In this document: positions 9,658 to 18,167 of the stretch, one piece after another
How the letters are laid out: every line of letters begins with the position of its first letter
How positions within the stretch are numbered: position 1 is the first letter of the stretch
Notes under the pieces: model-generated
Seen by the model: the letters and a program-made list of their open reading frames with translations, nothing else
Told to the model about the DNA's origin: nothing
Database searches by the model: none
Position numbers and translations under genes: made by a program
Virus record (IMG/VR): IMGVR_UViG_3300002461_001209
Source: a virus
Length of the DNA: 64,000 bases
Direction: 5' to 3' (one strand)

Positions 9658-9741
9658 TGGAGTCGCATGGGGGAATCGAACCCCAGCCCGAAAGCGTCAC
9701 CTTGAAAGGGTGATGACCGTTACCCGCAGTCAACATGCGAC
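9658..9741 (-). tRNA. non-canonical 8/4 tRNA with UUC anticodon and variable arm
   Basis: 8-bp acceptor GTCGCATG/CATGCGAC, 4-bp T stem GGGG/CCCC, TCACC-CTTTCAA-GGTGA, variable arm GCT-TTCG-GGC, U73, CCA; 84 nt. Confidence 0.8.
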
Positions 9742-9749
9742 ATTATGCT

Positions 9750-9825
9750 TGGCGTCCCCTAGCGGATTCGAACCGCTGTTCTTGCCGTGAAAGGGCAATG
9801 TCCTTGGCCTCTAGACGAAGGGGAC
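9750..9825 (-). tRNA. trnE: tRNA-Glu(TTC), canonical bacterial type
   Basis: GTCCCCTTCGTCTAGAGGCCAAGGAC..., TTGCC-CTTTCAC-GGCAA, CCA. Confidence 0.95.
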
Positions 9826-9843
9826 TTAATATTTACTTACCTG

Positions 9844-9928
9844 TGGTGGGTATGGTAGGAATCGAACCTACTCACCCGAAGGAACAGATTTACAGTCTGC
9901 CGCAACTCTCCAACTTTGCCGCATACCC
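9844..9928 (-). tRNA. trnY: tRNA-Tyr(GTA)
   Basis: GGGTATG/CATACCC acceptor, GCAGA-CTGTAAA-TCTGT, long variable arm, CCA. Confidence 0.93.
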
Positions 9929-9978
9929 ATTACAGGTAAGTAAACATCAACATAAACAAGCTTAAATTTTTAAAGAGC

Positions 9979-10006
9979 AAAAAGAAAAGGCACCTTACGG
10001 TGCCTT
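9979..10006 (-). terminator. intrinsic terminator upstream of the tRNA cluster (attenuator 3:4 hairpin)
   Basis: AAGGCACC-GTAA-GGTGCCTT followed by TTCTTTTT on the minus strand. Confidence 0.85.
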
Positions 10007-10028
10007 GATCATCTGCTTCTCTATCTTC

Positions 10029-10127
10029 TTAGATATTTGCCCATTGTGATAAACGAGCAGAAGCGAATGAGACACCTTTAGTGTTCATTTCCTCTCGTTC
10101 ATAATAATAAGCATTTGCGAAGTTCAT
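10029..10127 (-). CDS. putative attenuator leader peptide MNFANAYYYEREEMNTKGVSFASARLSQWANI
   Basis: AGGA RBS, 32 codons, TAT-TAT-TAT-GAA-CGA-GAG-GAA run, located between promoter and terminator. Confidence 0.75.
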   Translation of the reverse strand: MNFANAYYYEREEMNTKGVSFASARLSQWANI

Positions 10128-10160
10128 TTTATTTTCCTGTTTAAATTTTTCAATATCGTT

Positions 10161-10189
10161 ATTATCGTTCAAATATTTTCTTTTGTCAA
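10161..10189 (-). promoter_or_regulatory. sigma70-like promoter for the leader and tRNA cluster
   Basis: TTGACA-17 nt-GATAAT. Confidence 0.75.
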
Positions 10190-10202
10190 CACATTTTTTA
10201 AT

Positions 10203-10607
10203 TTATTTTTTAAATTTTCTTTTTGCCTGGTTTTGAGGTGTATTAAACTGTGTTACCATTTGTTGAATATCTTCTATCTTATACTCTTTATTAATATTGA
10301 AACTGACTGCAACACAAAACTCATCAGATATGAACTCATGTTCTTTGCAATCATCAAATGATATTACATCTCCTGGCTTTATGACTATTGTATCACCATC
10401 TATGAAAAATTGTCCAGTACCTTGAATCATCCATAAAACAGACATACCATTACCATCTATGTGAGGCTCTACATCTTTGAATACTAGAACAGTTGCATTA
10501 TTTTGGGAAGTAATGTGTGAAGCATATCCTTCATCTATTGTATCTTGATGTTCTTGTAAATCAAAGGAATAGCTGATTTGAGGTGTTTCTGTAAAAAGTA
10601 TTTTCAT
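10203..10607 (-). CDS. cupin-fold protein
   Basis: VEPHIDG...LWMIQGTGQFFIDGDTIVIKPGDVISFDDCKEH cupin motifs. Confidence 0.7.
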   Translation of the reverse strand: MKILFTETPQISYSFDLQEHQDTIDEGYASHITSQNNATVLVFKDVEPHIDGNGMSVLWMIQGTGQFFIDGDTIVIKPGDVISFDDCKEHEFISDEFCVAVSFNINKEYKIEDIQQMVTQFNTPQNQAKRKFKK

Positions 10608-10681
10608 AAGATTATTTTACTTTAAATCTGACTTTGATCAAGGTCTTGTGTTATAATGATGTTTTTTAATGAGGATAAAAT

Positions 10682-11023
10682 ATGGAAAGATATCTCGGTG
10701 AAGTTGAAGTGAAAATCGAAAATACTCCTTATGCAAATTTTAAGCCAAATGACTGGGCTATGCTCTTTATAGAAAGATATGCTCAAATTGATGGTGCACA
10801 CCATAAGCAGTGGGTTCTTGATCAGGTGGCTAGAATTCTAAAGGGTACAAAAGTCAATATTAAATTGGCAAAATGGGATGATGGTCAAGAAGAGTATCGT
10901 ATTGACCTAGATGAGCCATCAAAACAATATTTAGATTGGGTCGTTGAGATGAAAGGCAAATGGATTGAAAGTAAAGACTATACAGGTTGGGAATATAGTT
11001 ATGATGAGGGAATTGCACCGTAA
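10682..11023 (+). CDS. phage-type hypothetical protein
   Basis: YAQIDGAHHKQWVLDQVARIL; GAGG RBS; TGtTATAAT extended -10 upstream. Confidence 0.7.
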   Translation: MERYLGEVEVKIENTPYANFKPNDWAMLFIERYAQIDGAHHKQWVLDQVARILKGTKVNIKLAKWDDGQEEYRIDLDEPSKQYLDWVVEMKGKWIESKDYTGWEYSYDEGIAP

Positions 11024-11056
11024 ATACAAATAAAAATCCAGAATTGAAAGTGTAAT

Positions 11057-11085
11057 AAAAAAAAGAGCCTAAAGGCTCTTTTTTT
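11057..11085. terminator. bidirectional terminator
   Basis: A8-GAGCCT-AA-AGGCTC-T7 between convergent genes. Confidence 0.85.
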
Positions 11086-11087
11086 AT

Positions 11088-11630
11088 TTAAATCCCAGGT
11101 TTGGGTTTAGGTGTGTTTTTCTTTGCTGGCTTTAAGATGAAGTTAATCTCTTTACCACCATAGCTAATTTTTGTATCCAATTCACCATAGTTTTCTACAG
11201 TTTTAAGAACTTTTTCAATAAACTCATCGTTGATGGATTTCATCTGTGTTTCTCTGAAAGTTTTAAATCTGATGACGATTTTAACCTTATGTGATTCCTC
11301 AAGGAATTCATTGACTTTTTTCATCTTAAGATCAAAGTCATTGTCACCAATTGATGGACGCACCTGAATGGTTTTAATGTCGTGGCTTCTGTTTTTGAAA
11401 TCAAGTTTTTCTTGTTTCTTTTTCTCATGATAAAGCCAAGAATCAAACTTTACAATTTTGCATGTTGCATAGTCTTTGTTTTCACCAACTTGCATTAAAT
11501 CTAAATCTTGCTCATGTGCGAGCTTGATGGCGTCGTGAAATGACATTTCACCAACTTTTTCTCCCTCTTCTGAGAGTAAAAGAATTCTTTGCGCTCTGAT
11601 TTGATTGTTTACAAAATATTTTTTATCCAA
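11088..11630 (-). CDS. infC: translation initiation factor IF-3
   Basis: NNQIRAQRILLL, A..LA..QDLDL, CKI..F, IKTIQVRPSIGDNDFDLKMKKVNEFLEE.HKVKI; TTG start with GGAG RBS. Confidence 0.9.
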   Translation of the reverse strand: MDKKYFVNNQIRAQRILLLSEEGEKVGEMSFHDAIKLAHEQDLDLMQVGENKDYATCKIVKFDSWLYHEKKKQEKLDFKNRSHDIKTIQVRPSIGDNDFDLKMKKVNEFLEESHKVKIVIRFKTFRETQMKSINDEFIEKVLKTVENYGELDTKISYGGKEINFILKPAKKNTPKPKPGI

Positions 11631-11732
11631 GTGTTTTTCTCCGTGTTAATGATTAATTATATACTGTTTTTCTATCAAAAACAATATGATTGTGTTGTTT
11701 TAAAACAAATTGTTGATGTTTTTTCATCAAAA

Positions 11733-12650
11733 TTAGTAGGCACTGAAATTATTTTGAACCATCCATACGGCTAAATCAATTGCATTGATGTTCTTGGTTT
11801 CTTCCTTGTCTTGCAATGTTTGCAAAATAGGTGCCATTTTACCATCCCATTGTCTCTTCATGATATCTGGTGCTATGAGAGATAACGGCTTTTGTATAAG
11901 AGGATTGTAGAACTTCTTTGCCATAACTTGCTTATTTCTAATAAGTTTTGAGCAAGCCCATTGTATTTCAGTTTCTTGGGGTTTGAAGTTTCTGTATTGT
12001 GGATGGTTTTTGACACTTGTAATGAACTCTTCCACCAAGAAAAGTTCTGTACTTTTGACATAATTCTTTATTTCTGCTTCAAGCCATTCTTCTTTTTGTT
12101 TTTTAAATTCTTCAGTATTGTTTTGTCCACCCACACCAGGCATAGATAAAATACCGTTTTGCTGATAGTTATTATTGCCACCTCCACCAGAGAGAATGTT
12201 GGTGCCAAACATATTGTCCAATTCTGCTACTTCGTCCTTGGGTGCAGAATGCATTTGTGGTTTATTTAGTGGGTCTTCAACCCTTTGAGTTCTTGTTGGT
12301 GAGTCCTCACTTCTTGCAGGAGTCCCTTGATTGTTTGATATGGTGAGGCTTCTTGATCTGTTGTTGAACACAGGAAATTCATCATTATCATCAACAAGCC
12401 CACATGATTCCCATTTGCCTTGTGGGTAAGCAAGAACAGGCACTTTAAAAATTTTTTCACTATCTCCTGCTCCTGCTGCTCCTTTGCTCATGGTTTGATA
12501 AAAGATGATAGATCCATCTTCCTTTATCTCATAACTCTCAGCATAGCATATGACCGGATTTTGGCTTGGTCTATTTTTCTGCTGAAAGGAGGTTTTAGCC
12601 TGCTCAGTGAGGAAAAGTGCAAATTTAAATTTAGGCTTCAGGAGTTGCAT
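11733..12650 (-). CDS. hypothetical protein, two domains joined by a low-complexity linker
   Basis: 305 aa ORF. Confidence 0.7.
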   Translation of the reverse strand: MQLLKPKFKFALFLTEQAKTSFQQKNRPSQNPVICYAESYEIKEDGSIIFYQTMSKGAAGAGDSEKIFKVPVLAYPQGKWESCGLVDDNDEFPVFNNRSRSLTISNNQGTPARSEDSPTRTQRVEDPLNKPQMHSAPKDEVAELDNMFGTNILSGGGGNNNYQQNGILSMPGVGGQNNTEEFKKQKEEWLEAEIKNYVKSTELFLVEEFITSVKNHPQYRNFKPQETEIQWACSKLIRNKQVMAKKFYNPLIQKPLSLIAPDIMKRQWDGKMAPILQTLQDKEETKNINAIDLAVWMVQNNFSAY

Positions 12651-12659
12651 TTTTTACTT

Positions 12660-13004
12660 TTATTGTGCTTCTTTGATTTGAAAATATTTTTCAACGAAAA
12701 TAATATCATTTTCATTGCTCTTGAGTTCGCCGCCTTGCTCTTCTTCTTTGATAATCATGTTAACACGTTTACTAAGAAGTCCTTTTTTAATACCTGCTTT
12801 ATCTGCAACTTTTTCAAGAGCCTCTTTAAATGCTTCTTGATCCATTGCAATTTTTTTCTTTTGAAAAATCAAATCTTCAATAGATTTTGCTATTTCTTTT
12901 GTCATGATGACTTCAGATGTAGGTGTCTCAGGTAGTTCGTCTTTTTTAGCCATTAGGTTCTCCAAATTGTCATATATCTTATGTAATGGAATAAAAGTTG
13001 TCAA
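12660..13004 (-). CDS. small helical protein, possibly a GapR/T4 DsbA-like DNA-binding protein
   Basis: IEDLIFQKKKIAMDQEAFKEALEKVADKAGIKKGLLSKRV pattern; weak resemblance only. Confidence 0.4.
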   Translation of the reverse strand: MTTFIPLHKIYDNLENLMAKKDELPETPTSEVIMTKEIAKSIEDLIFQKKKIAMDQEAFKEALEKVADKAGIKKGLLSKRVNMIIKEEEQGGELKSNENDIIFVEKYFQIKEAQ

Positions 13005-13044
13005 ATAATTTGTATTCTTTAAAAAAATTATTTATCATATTTCA

Positions 13045-13803
13045 ATGGAAAACTGGGAAAACCTCAATAAAATTTTAACCATGGAAAGAGCAGCCTCTGA
13101 CAGGATGATATTGCTGTCTCAGCAATTGATAGCTCACTCTTTAAATGGAGAGAAAAATGAAGCTAAAAAGCTGTTAAAACAAGGTGCTGTGCTCAATTGT
13201 TTTGAAGAGCATTTAACTCCTTTGATTGCATGTATGGAGTCAGGTCACTACGATTTGGCAAAATTCTATGTAAGAGCAAATGCTTCCATAACATACATGC
13301 CTAATCCTAACTTTATCAATGCTCTTTGGTATGCATTGATAAATAAAAAACATAATTTTCTTGAACTGTTCATTGAGAGTAAGTGCCCACTAACCAGACA
13401 TCCTGAGACCAAAAATCCATGTTTGATTTTTGCAACCATAAATTCAGATTTACAAGCGGTCATAACACTACTGAGACACTATAATATCAAGGTTAATGAA
13501 AGAGATGGTGCAGGCAATACAGCAATACATCACAATGTGGCTAAAGAAAATCCCTCAAATGATGATATAGAGATTGGTCGCTTACTGATTGCTGCTGGTG
13601 CAGATACCAATCTTCCTAATCTGGACGGTAAGACTCCTAAAGACTTGGCTGTTGATTTTGCTGCAAGAGCTATGTTGTTGTCTGGAGTATTGGAAGAGAC
13701 ATTGCCTCATAAGGATGAGTTGATTGAATCCATTGAAAATGAGGTTGAGAATAATGCTCAGCCACCAGAGGTAAAGCCTGGTGCTAAGAAATTGAAAATT
13801 TAA
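13045..13803 (+). CDS. ankyrin-repeat protein
   Basis: HLTPLIAC, GNTAIHH, AGADTNLPNLDGKTPKDLA; tail AKKLKI. Confidence 0.85.
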   Translation: MENWENLNKILTMERAASDRMILLSQQLIAHSLNGEKNEAKKLLKQGAVLNCFEEHLTPLIACMESGHYDLAKFYVRANASITYMPNPNFINALWYALINKKHNFLELFIESKCPLTRHPETKNPCLIFATINSDLQAVITLLRHYNIKVNERDGAGNTAIHHNVAKENPSNDDIEIGRLLIAAGADTNLPNLDGKTPKDLAVDFAARAMLLSGVLEETLPHKDELIESIENEVENNAQPPEVKPGAKKLKI

Positions 13804-13818
13804 TTTCAGGTTTTACAA

Positions 13819-14643
13819 TTATTTGCCACTTAAAAAATCACTTGGACTGATTTCTTTTTTGCTACCGAACTGTGGTGTAATTGTTTTGCTTGATTTTTCC
13901 TGAGTCTGTCTTGCAGTAATTTTCTCTACTGGTTTGACAGGTGAAGTCTTCTCTAAGACACGTGTTGCTTGAGGTGTGGAGGCAATGCTGGCGTTTGAGT
14001 TACTAGCTGACTGAGATGGGGTTTGTACTGTATTGTTGTTAATAACGGGAGTTGCAATATTGCTGGTTGTACTGTTTGGTAGAGCCACTGGTAATTTTGT
14101 GTCACCTATTGAAGCAGGTGGTTTGGGTCCATTAACTGTAGCAAGAAGATTTTCGTTAAGATTGATCTCTGGCTTTATAGAAATACTGTCTATTTCTTTC
14201 TTTAGTGCTAAAAGATTTTTGTTGTGGTTGTTAACCATTTCTTTGAGTTTTTGAATTTGACTTGTATCGTTGGATTTTTCAATATTTTGCAACATGGCTG
14301 AGACTGTTTTTAATTGAGATTCTTCCTGTGAAAACTCTTGTTTTAATATAAGAAGTCTTCTCTCATCTCTTGCTTTTTGCTCAGCAGATATGGTGTTGGC
14401 TTGAACTATTGCGCTGGCAGTGGAAGCGCCAAGTGGTGCTAAAGGATTGGGCTTGTTGAGTATGGTTCTCTTGTCTATCTCAGCCAAATTTGTTTTTTCA
14501 CACTTTAAATCTTTTTGTGTCTGTCTTTCATTGACATAGAGTATATTGCCTTCACTGTTTGTGCATTTGAAGATGACATTTTGTGCATATGTTAAGTTGC
14601 TGGCTGAAAGAATGGCGAGGGATATAAGAGTCTTTTTATTCAT
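13819..14643 (-). CDS. secreted DUF4124-like protein with coiled coil and P/S/T-rich tail
   Basis: Signal peptide ending TYA, IFKCTNSEGNILY, EQKARDERRLLILKQE. Confidence 0.65.
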   Translation of the reverse strand: MNKKTLISLAILSASNLTYAQNVIFKCTNSEGNILYVNERQTQKDLKCEKTNLAEIDKRTILNKPNPLAPLGASTASAIVQANTISAEQKARDERRLLILKQEFSQEESQLKTVSAMLQNIEKSNDTSQIQKLKEMVNNHNKNLLALKKEIDSISIKPEINLNENLLATVNGPKPPASIGDTKLPVALPNSTTSNIATPVINNNTVQTPSQSASNSNASIASTPQATRVLEKTSPVKPVEKITARQTQEKSSKTITPQFGSKKEISPSDFLSGK

Positions 14644-15248
14644 TTTGCTTGTTCCTTTAAAATTTTAACAGAATTTAAAACAGCATTGGGATATTTATCT
14701 TTACCTAAAGATCCATTGTATCTGCCTAAAGCTCTGTGTATGTTTCCTTTCTCTATATCTATATAATGTCTTAAAATAGTGCAACCATATCGCAGATTTG
14801 TTCTGAGATGAAATAGATTATGATTTTTTTCTCCTATAATGTCAATCCAAAAGGGCATAATTTGCATATAGCCTCTAGCACCTACTGAGCTTATGGCATA
14901 TTTTTTAAAGTTGCTCTCCACTTTTATAAGTCCTAAAATAAGGTCTGGATCTAGCCCTGCACGTGTGGCTTCGTAATGTATTGTAACCAAGAAGTTAATT
15001 GCCTCTTCTTCGTCTATAAAGCGTTTTTTAATATAGTTAAGTCTTGGTACTATCCATGTTTGCTTCTCTTGATCGTTCATAAAACTTGAAAATATTGGCT
15101 TTTGATCTGAAATGGAGGCAGACATCATTTGTTTTGTTGCTGCACTGAGCACCTCATAGCGTTGATTGCCTGCTATAGATAAGCTAGGTAATAAATACAA
15201 AGCAGTTGATAGTGCAATCAAATTAATAAAGGTCTTTAATTTGATCAT
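14640..15248 (-). CDS. lytic transglycosylase (SLT domain) with signal peptide
   Basis: LIKVESNFKKYAISSVGARGYMQIMPFW, NLRYGCTILRHY, ALGRYNG; ATG 15248 preferred over the ORF-track start. Confidence 0.9.
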   Translation of the reverse strand: MIKLKTFINLIALSTALYLLPSLSIAGNQRYEVLSAATKQMMSASISDQKPIFSSFMNDQEKQTWIVPRLNYIKKRFIDEEEAINFLVTIHYEATRAGLDPDLILGLIKVESNFKKYAISSVGARGYMQIMPFWIDIIGEKNHNLFHLRTNLRYGCTILRHYIDIEKGNIHRALGRYNGSLGKDKYPNAVLNSVKILKEQAK

Positions 15249-16236
15249 ACAAATATTTTCCGAGGTGAAAAGCCAATTCTGGTGGAACAGAATTACCAAT
15301 TTGTTTATATTGTGCACTGATTGACCCAGTAAATTTCCAATTGTCTGGATAACTTTGAATTCTGGCACACTCTCTAATACTTAATGGACGATTGAATTCT
15401 GGATGACATCTCTCTGTTTGTTTTTGTGATGGAGATGTAAGTATTGTGGGGGATATATCACTATAAGATAGTTTTTTCAAAACTCCTGTCTTACCTCCAC
15501 CAGAGTAGAACATCTGACCCATATACTGTTTTTGAAGATCTAGGTTTAAATTTTTCCAATTGCCACCTTGTGGAATAAGTGCAAAAAGATTTTCTTTTTC
15601 TTTTGAATATTTAGGACTGTTGGTTTGAATTTTTTCTATATTTTCTTTAAAAATACTTGTTGATTTCAATATGTCATGCAGTGTGATTGATTTTACTTTA
15701 GGTGGTGCTTCAAAATTAACCTTATTTTTGAATTTTTTCAAACATCCAAATATGAAGACACGCTCTCTATTTTGTGCAACATGATAGTTCTTTGAATTTA
15801 ATAGAAGTGGGTTGAAAACATGATATTTCAAATCCTCTAATGTATTTATAATAGTTTGTATTGTTCTTCCTTTATCATGTGTGATGAGTCCTTTGACATT
15901 TTCAATGAGAAAAAAATCAGGTCTACATTCATCAACTGCACGAGCAAACTCATAAAAAAGAGTGCCTCTTGCGTCTTCAAACCCCAGTCTTTTACCACTA
16001 TGTGAGAATGCTTGGCAAGGAAATCCTCCAGTGACCATTTGTATATTTTTATAAGGTTTGAATGATATCTTTTTGATATCTTCATGGATAACGTTCCAAT
16101 TTGGTTTGTTGAGTTTAAGTGTCTGAGCACAATTTTTATCGTACTCGTTTAACATAATGTGATGAAAGCCTGCTCTTTCTAATCCAAGAGCAAGGCCACC
16201 AGACCCAGCAAATAATTCTATTGTATTGATTGACAT
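15223..16236 (-). CDS. orphan C5-cytosine DNA methyltransferase
   Basis: Motifs FAGSGG, GFPCQ, ENV, Q.RER, RECARIQ, YKQIGNSVPP; TRD GGGKTG...SPSQKQTERCHP. Confidence 0.93.
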   Translation of the reverse strand: MSINTIELFAGSGGLALGLERAGFHHIMLNEYDKNCAQTLKLNKPNWNVIHEDIKKISFKPYKNIQMVTGGFPCQAFSHSGKRLGFEDARGTLFYEFARAVDECRPDFFLIENVKGLITHDKGRTIQTIINTLEDLKYHVFNPLLLNSKNYHVAQNRERVFIFGCLKKFKNKVNFEAPPKVKSITLHDILKSTSIFKENIEKIQTNSPKYSKEKENLFALIPQGGNWKNLNLDLQKQYMGQMFYSGGGKTGVLKKLSYSDISPTILTSPSQKQTERCHPEFNRPLSIRECARIQSYPDNWKFTGSISAQYKQIGNSVPPELAFHLGKYLYDQIKDLY

Positions 16237-16338
16237 AATTCACTATATAAAACATATAGAAATTATGTCAATTTTTTTTAAATTTGATAATTTGTGAAAA
16301 TTTAATATATTGATTTTATTATTTTGAAAGAACAACAT

Positions 16339-16965
16339 ATGAAATATTTAGCACTGGCAACTCTTTTATTATCATCCCAAGTGGCAATTGCTCAAGTTAA
16401 GGAGCCAACTGATAAAGAGTTCAGAGAAAAAAGTGAGCAATCACTTTCAAAATTTGAAAAAGATTTTTTAAAATCTGTTGATAAAGATAAAACATATACT
16501 TTGGATTATGAGCTTAAAATAAAGTATAAAGGTGTTTTGATGTTTGATGGAAGTTTTCAAAACAATAGCTCAGAACTGTTCTCAATTATGGCGGGTTTAA
16601 TGAATTCATCCTCAGTCAATAATGAGCAAAGATTAAAAACAGACTCACAAAAAGGAATGAATCAAGGGGTTAAAGTGGATTTGGATAACGAGTTGGACAG
16701 TGTAGGAATAAGACTTGTTACACATGTGGATAAGGCTTCAAAAAATTTATGGACTCAATTTATTTTTGAAAATGCTGGATTTGAAAAAACAGATGTTTTA
16801 TCTATTATTACCAATGCTGACGCTTCTGCTGGTCAAGCTGAGATGGGAAGAAAGCCTAATGCAGTAGAGAATAAGAATGAATTTATTGTTCTTCATCAAA
16901 GAGACAAGCCCACCAAATTTCTTTGGAAAGATACTGAGGTAGATTTAAAGGTGATGGTCAACTGA
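16339..16965 (+). CDS. secreted hypothetical protein
   Basis: MKYLALATLLLSSQVAIA signal peptide; stop overlaps the next start. Confidence 0.7.
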   Translation: MKYLALATLLLSSQVAIAQVKEPTDKEFREKSEQSLSKFEKDFLKSVDKDKTYTLDYELKIKYKGVLMFDGSFQNNSSELFSIMAGLMNSSSVNNEQRLKTDSQKGMNQGVKVDLDNELDSVGIRLVTHVDKASKNLWTQFIFENAGFEKTDVLSIITNADASAGQAEMGRKPNAVENKNEFIVLHQRDKPTKFLWKDTEVDLKVMVN

Positions 16966-18167
16966 TGAAAAATATTCAGATATTGCTTGAGACTGTATTG
17001 AGATGTGGTGGCACATGCTCTGGTTGTGCTTTAGCTTCGCTTGAAAGGTTAGAAAAGTCTCAAATCAATTGGGATGACTTGACTCAAAGATTCAAGGATG
17101 TTAACGTGCTTTTGAGTAAAGAAAATTTTCAAGAAGTGGAGTCTGTGACTGTATTTTTGGGTCAAGGAGACCATTTCTTATTGTCTGATGAAGATATTGT
17201 AAAGTTTATGAAATCTCTCAAAGAGATGATCCCAGAAGGTTTAAGAACCAAATCAAATACATTTATAACTGCTTCTGCTATTGGAAAAAATGAAGATACG
17301 AAGAGAAAGATGGACTTGTTTTATGAGCTTTCTATAGAAAATAAAACACCTTTTTTTATTCAAGTTGTTTTCGATCCTAAGAAAATAGTCGCAGAAAAAT
17401 CTTTTAAAAAGATTTATTTGAATAATATTTTGTATTTCAAAGAAAAGTGTGGGATGACTGAGCTTACTGTGAATTTAGGTGAAGATGTTTTCAACTCAAT
17501 GAGTGCTCAATATTTTCATGATTGGATTATTGAAAATCAGTTTATTCATGTAGAGATGAATTGGGTATTTAACATCCAGACAAAGGAGATGTGGAAAAAC
17601 AAATCTCAAGAAATGTTGTCTTGGCTTCAAGATTTACTCATATTAAATGCCAAAGAGCATTTATATGAAATTAATTTTATACCATTTTTATCTAAGATAT
17701 TGAGCGATCAAAGTCTCACAATGGAAAATGTTGTTGCCAATATTGAGAAGTCTTTAGGAAACAACTTTTATATAGATAGTAAGGGCAATCAGTATCCAGC
17801 CCAGGTTGGCATGATTAATAATTTAATTCCTATTAAGGAGAGATTGTCTCAAGCTGATAGTCTGCCACTGAAGAGTCATGCAATTAAAATTTACAATGCA
17901 TTTATGAAAAACAAGACTTGCAATTCTTGTCAGTATATAAATACCTGTGCTCAAACAGGTGTTGTTTCTTGGTTAAAATATGAAAATGAAAACAAATGCC
18001 CCTCAAATTTGAAGGGTTTTATGGATTTTTTAATTGAGTACTATAGGGATAATCCAGATCTTAATGCAACAAGATTTAACAGAAATCCAGTACAAAATGA
18101 AGGAATATTAACATCTGAGAACGAAATTTACAAATATTTTGAAAATAAGTTTTTGACAAAAATTTGA
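16965..18167 (+). CDS. divergent radical SAM protein with SPASM-like Cys-rich C-terminus
   Basis: CGGTCSGC (CxxxCxxC) near the N-terminus; CNSCQYINTC...C. Confidence 0.7.
   Translation: MKNIQILLETVLRCGGTCSGCALASLERLEKSQINWDDLTQRFKDVNVLLSKENFQEVESVTVFLGQGDHFLLSDEDIVKFMKSLKEMIPEGLRTKSNTFITASAIGKNEDTKRKMDLFYELSIENKTPFFIQVVFDPKKIVAEKSFKKIYLNNILYFKEKCGMTELTVNLGEDVFNSMSAQYFHDWIIENQFIHVEMNWVFNIQTKEMWKNKSQEMLSWLQDLLILNAKEHLYEINFIPFLSKILSDQSLTMENVVANIEKSLGNNFYIDSKGNQYPAQVGMINNLIPIKERLSQADSLPLKSHAIKIYNAFMKNKTCNSCQYINTCAQTGVVSWLKYENENKCPSNLKGFMDFLIEYYRDNPDLNATRFNRNPVQNEGILTSENEIYKYFENKFLTKI

Noticed and set aside
9735-9965. 76 aa plus-strand ORF
   Set aside because: It is the reverse complement of tRNA-Glu and tRNA-Tyr.
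15249-15368. ORF-track N-terminal extension of the lytic transglycosylase
   Set aside because: Overlaps the MTase; the signal peptide begins at ATG 15248.
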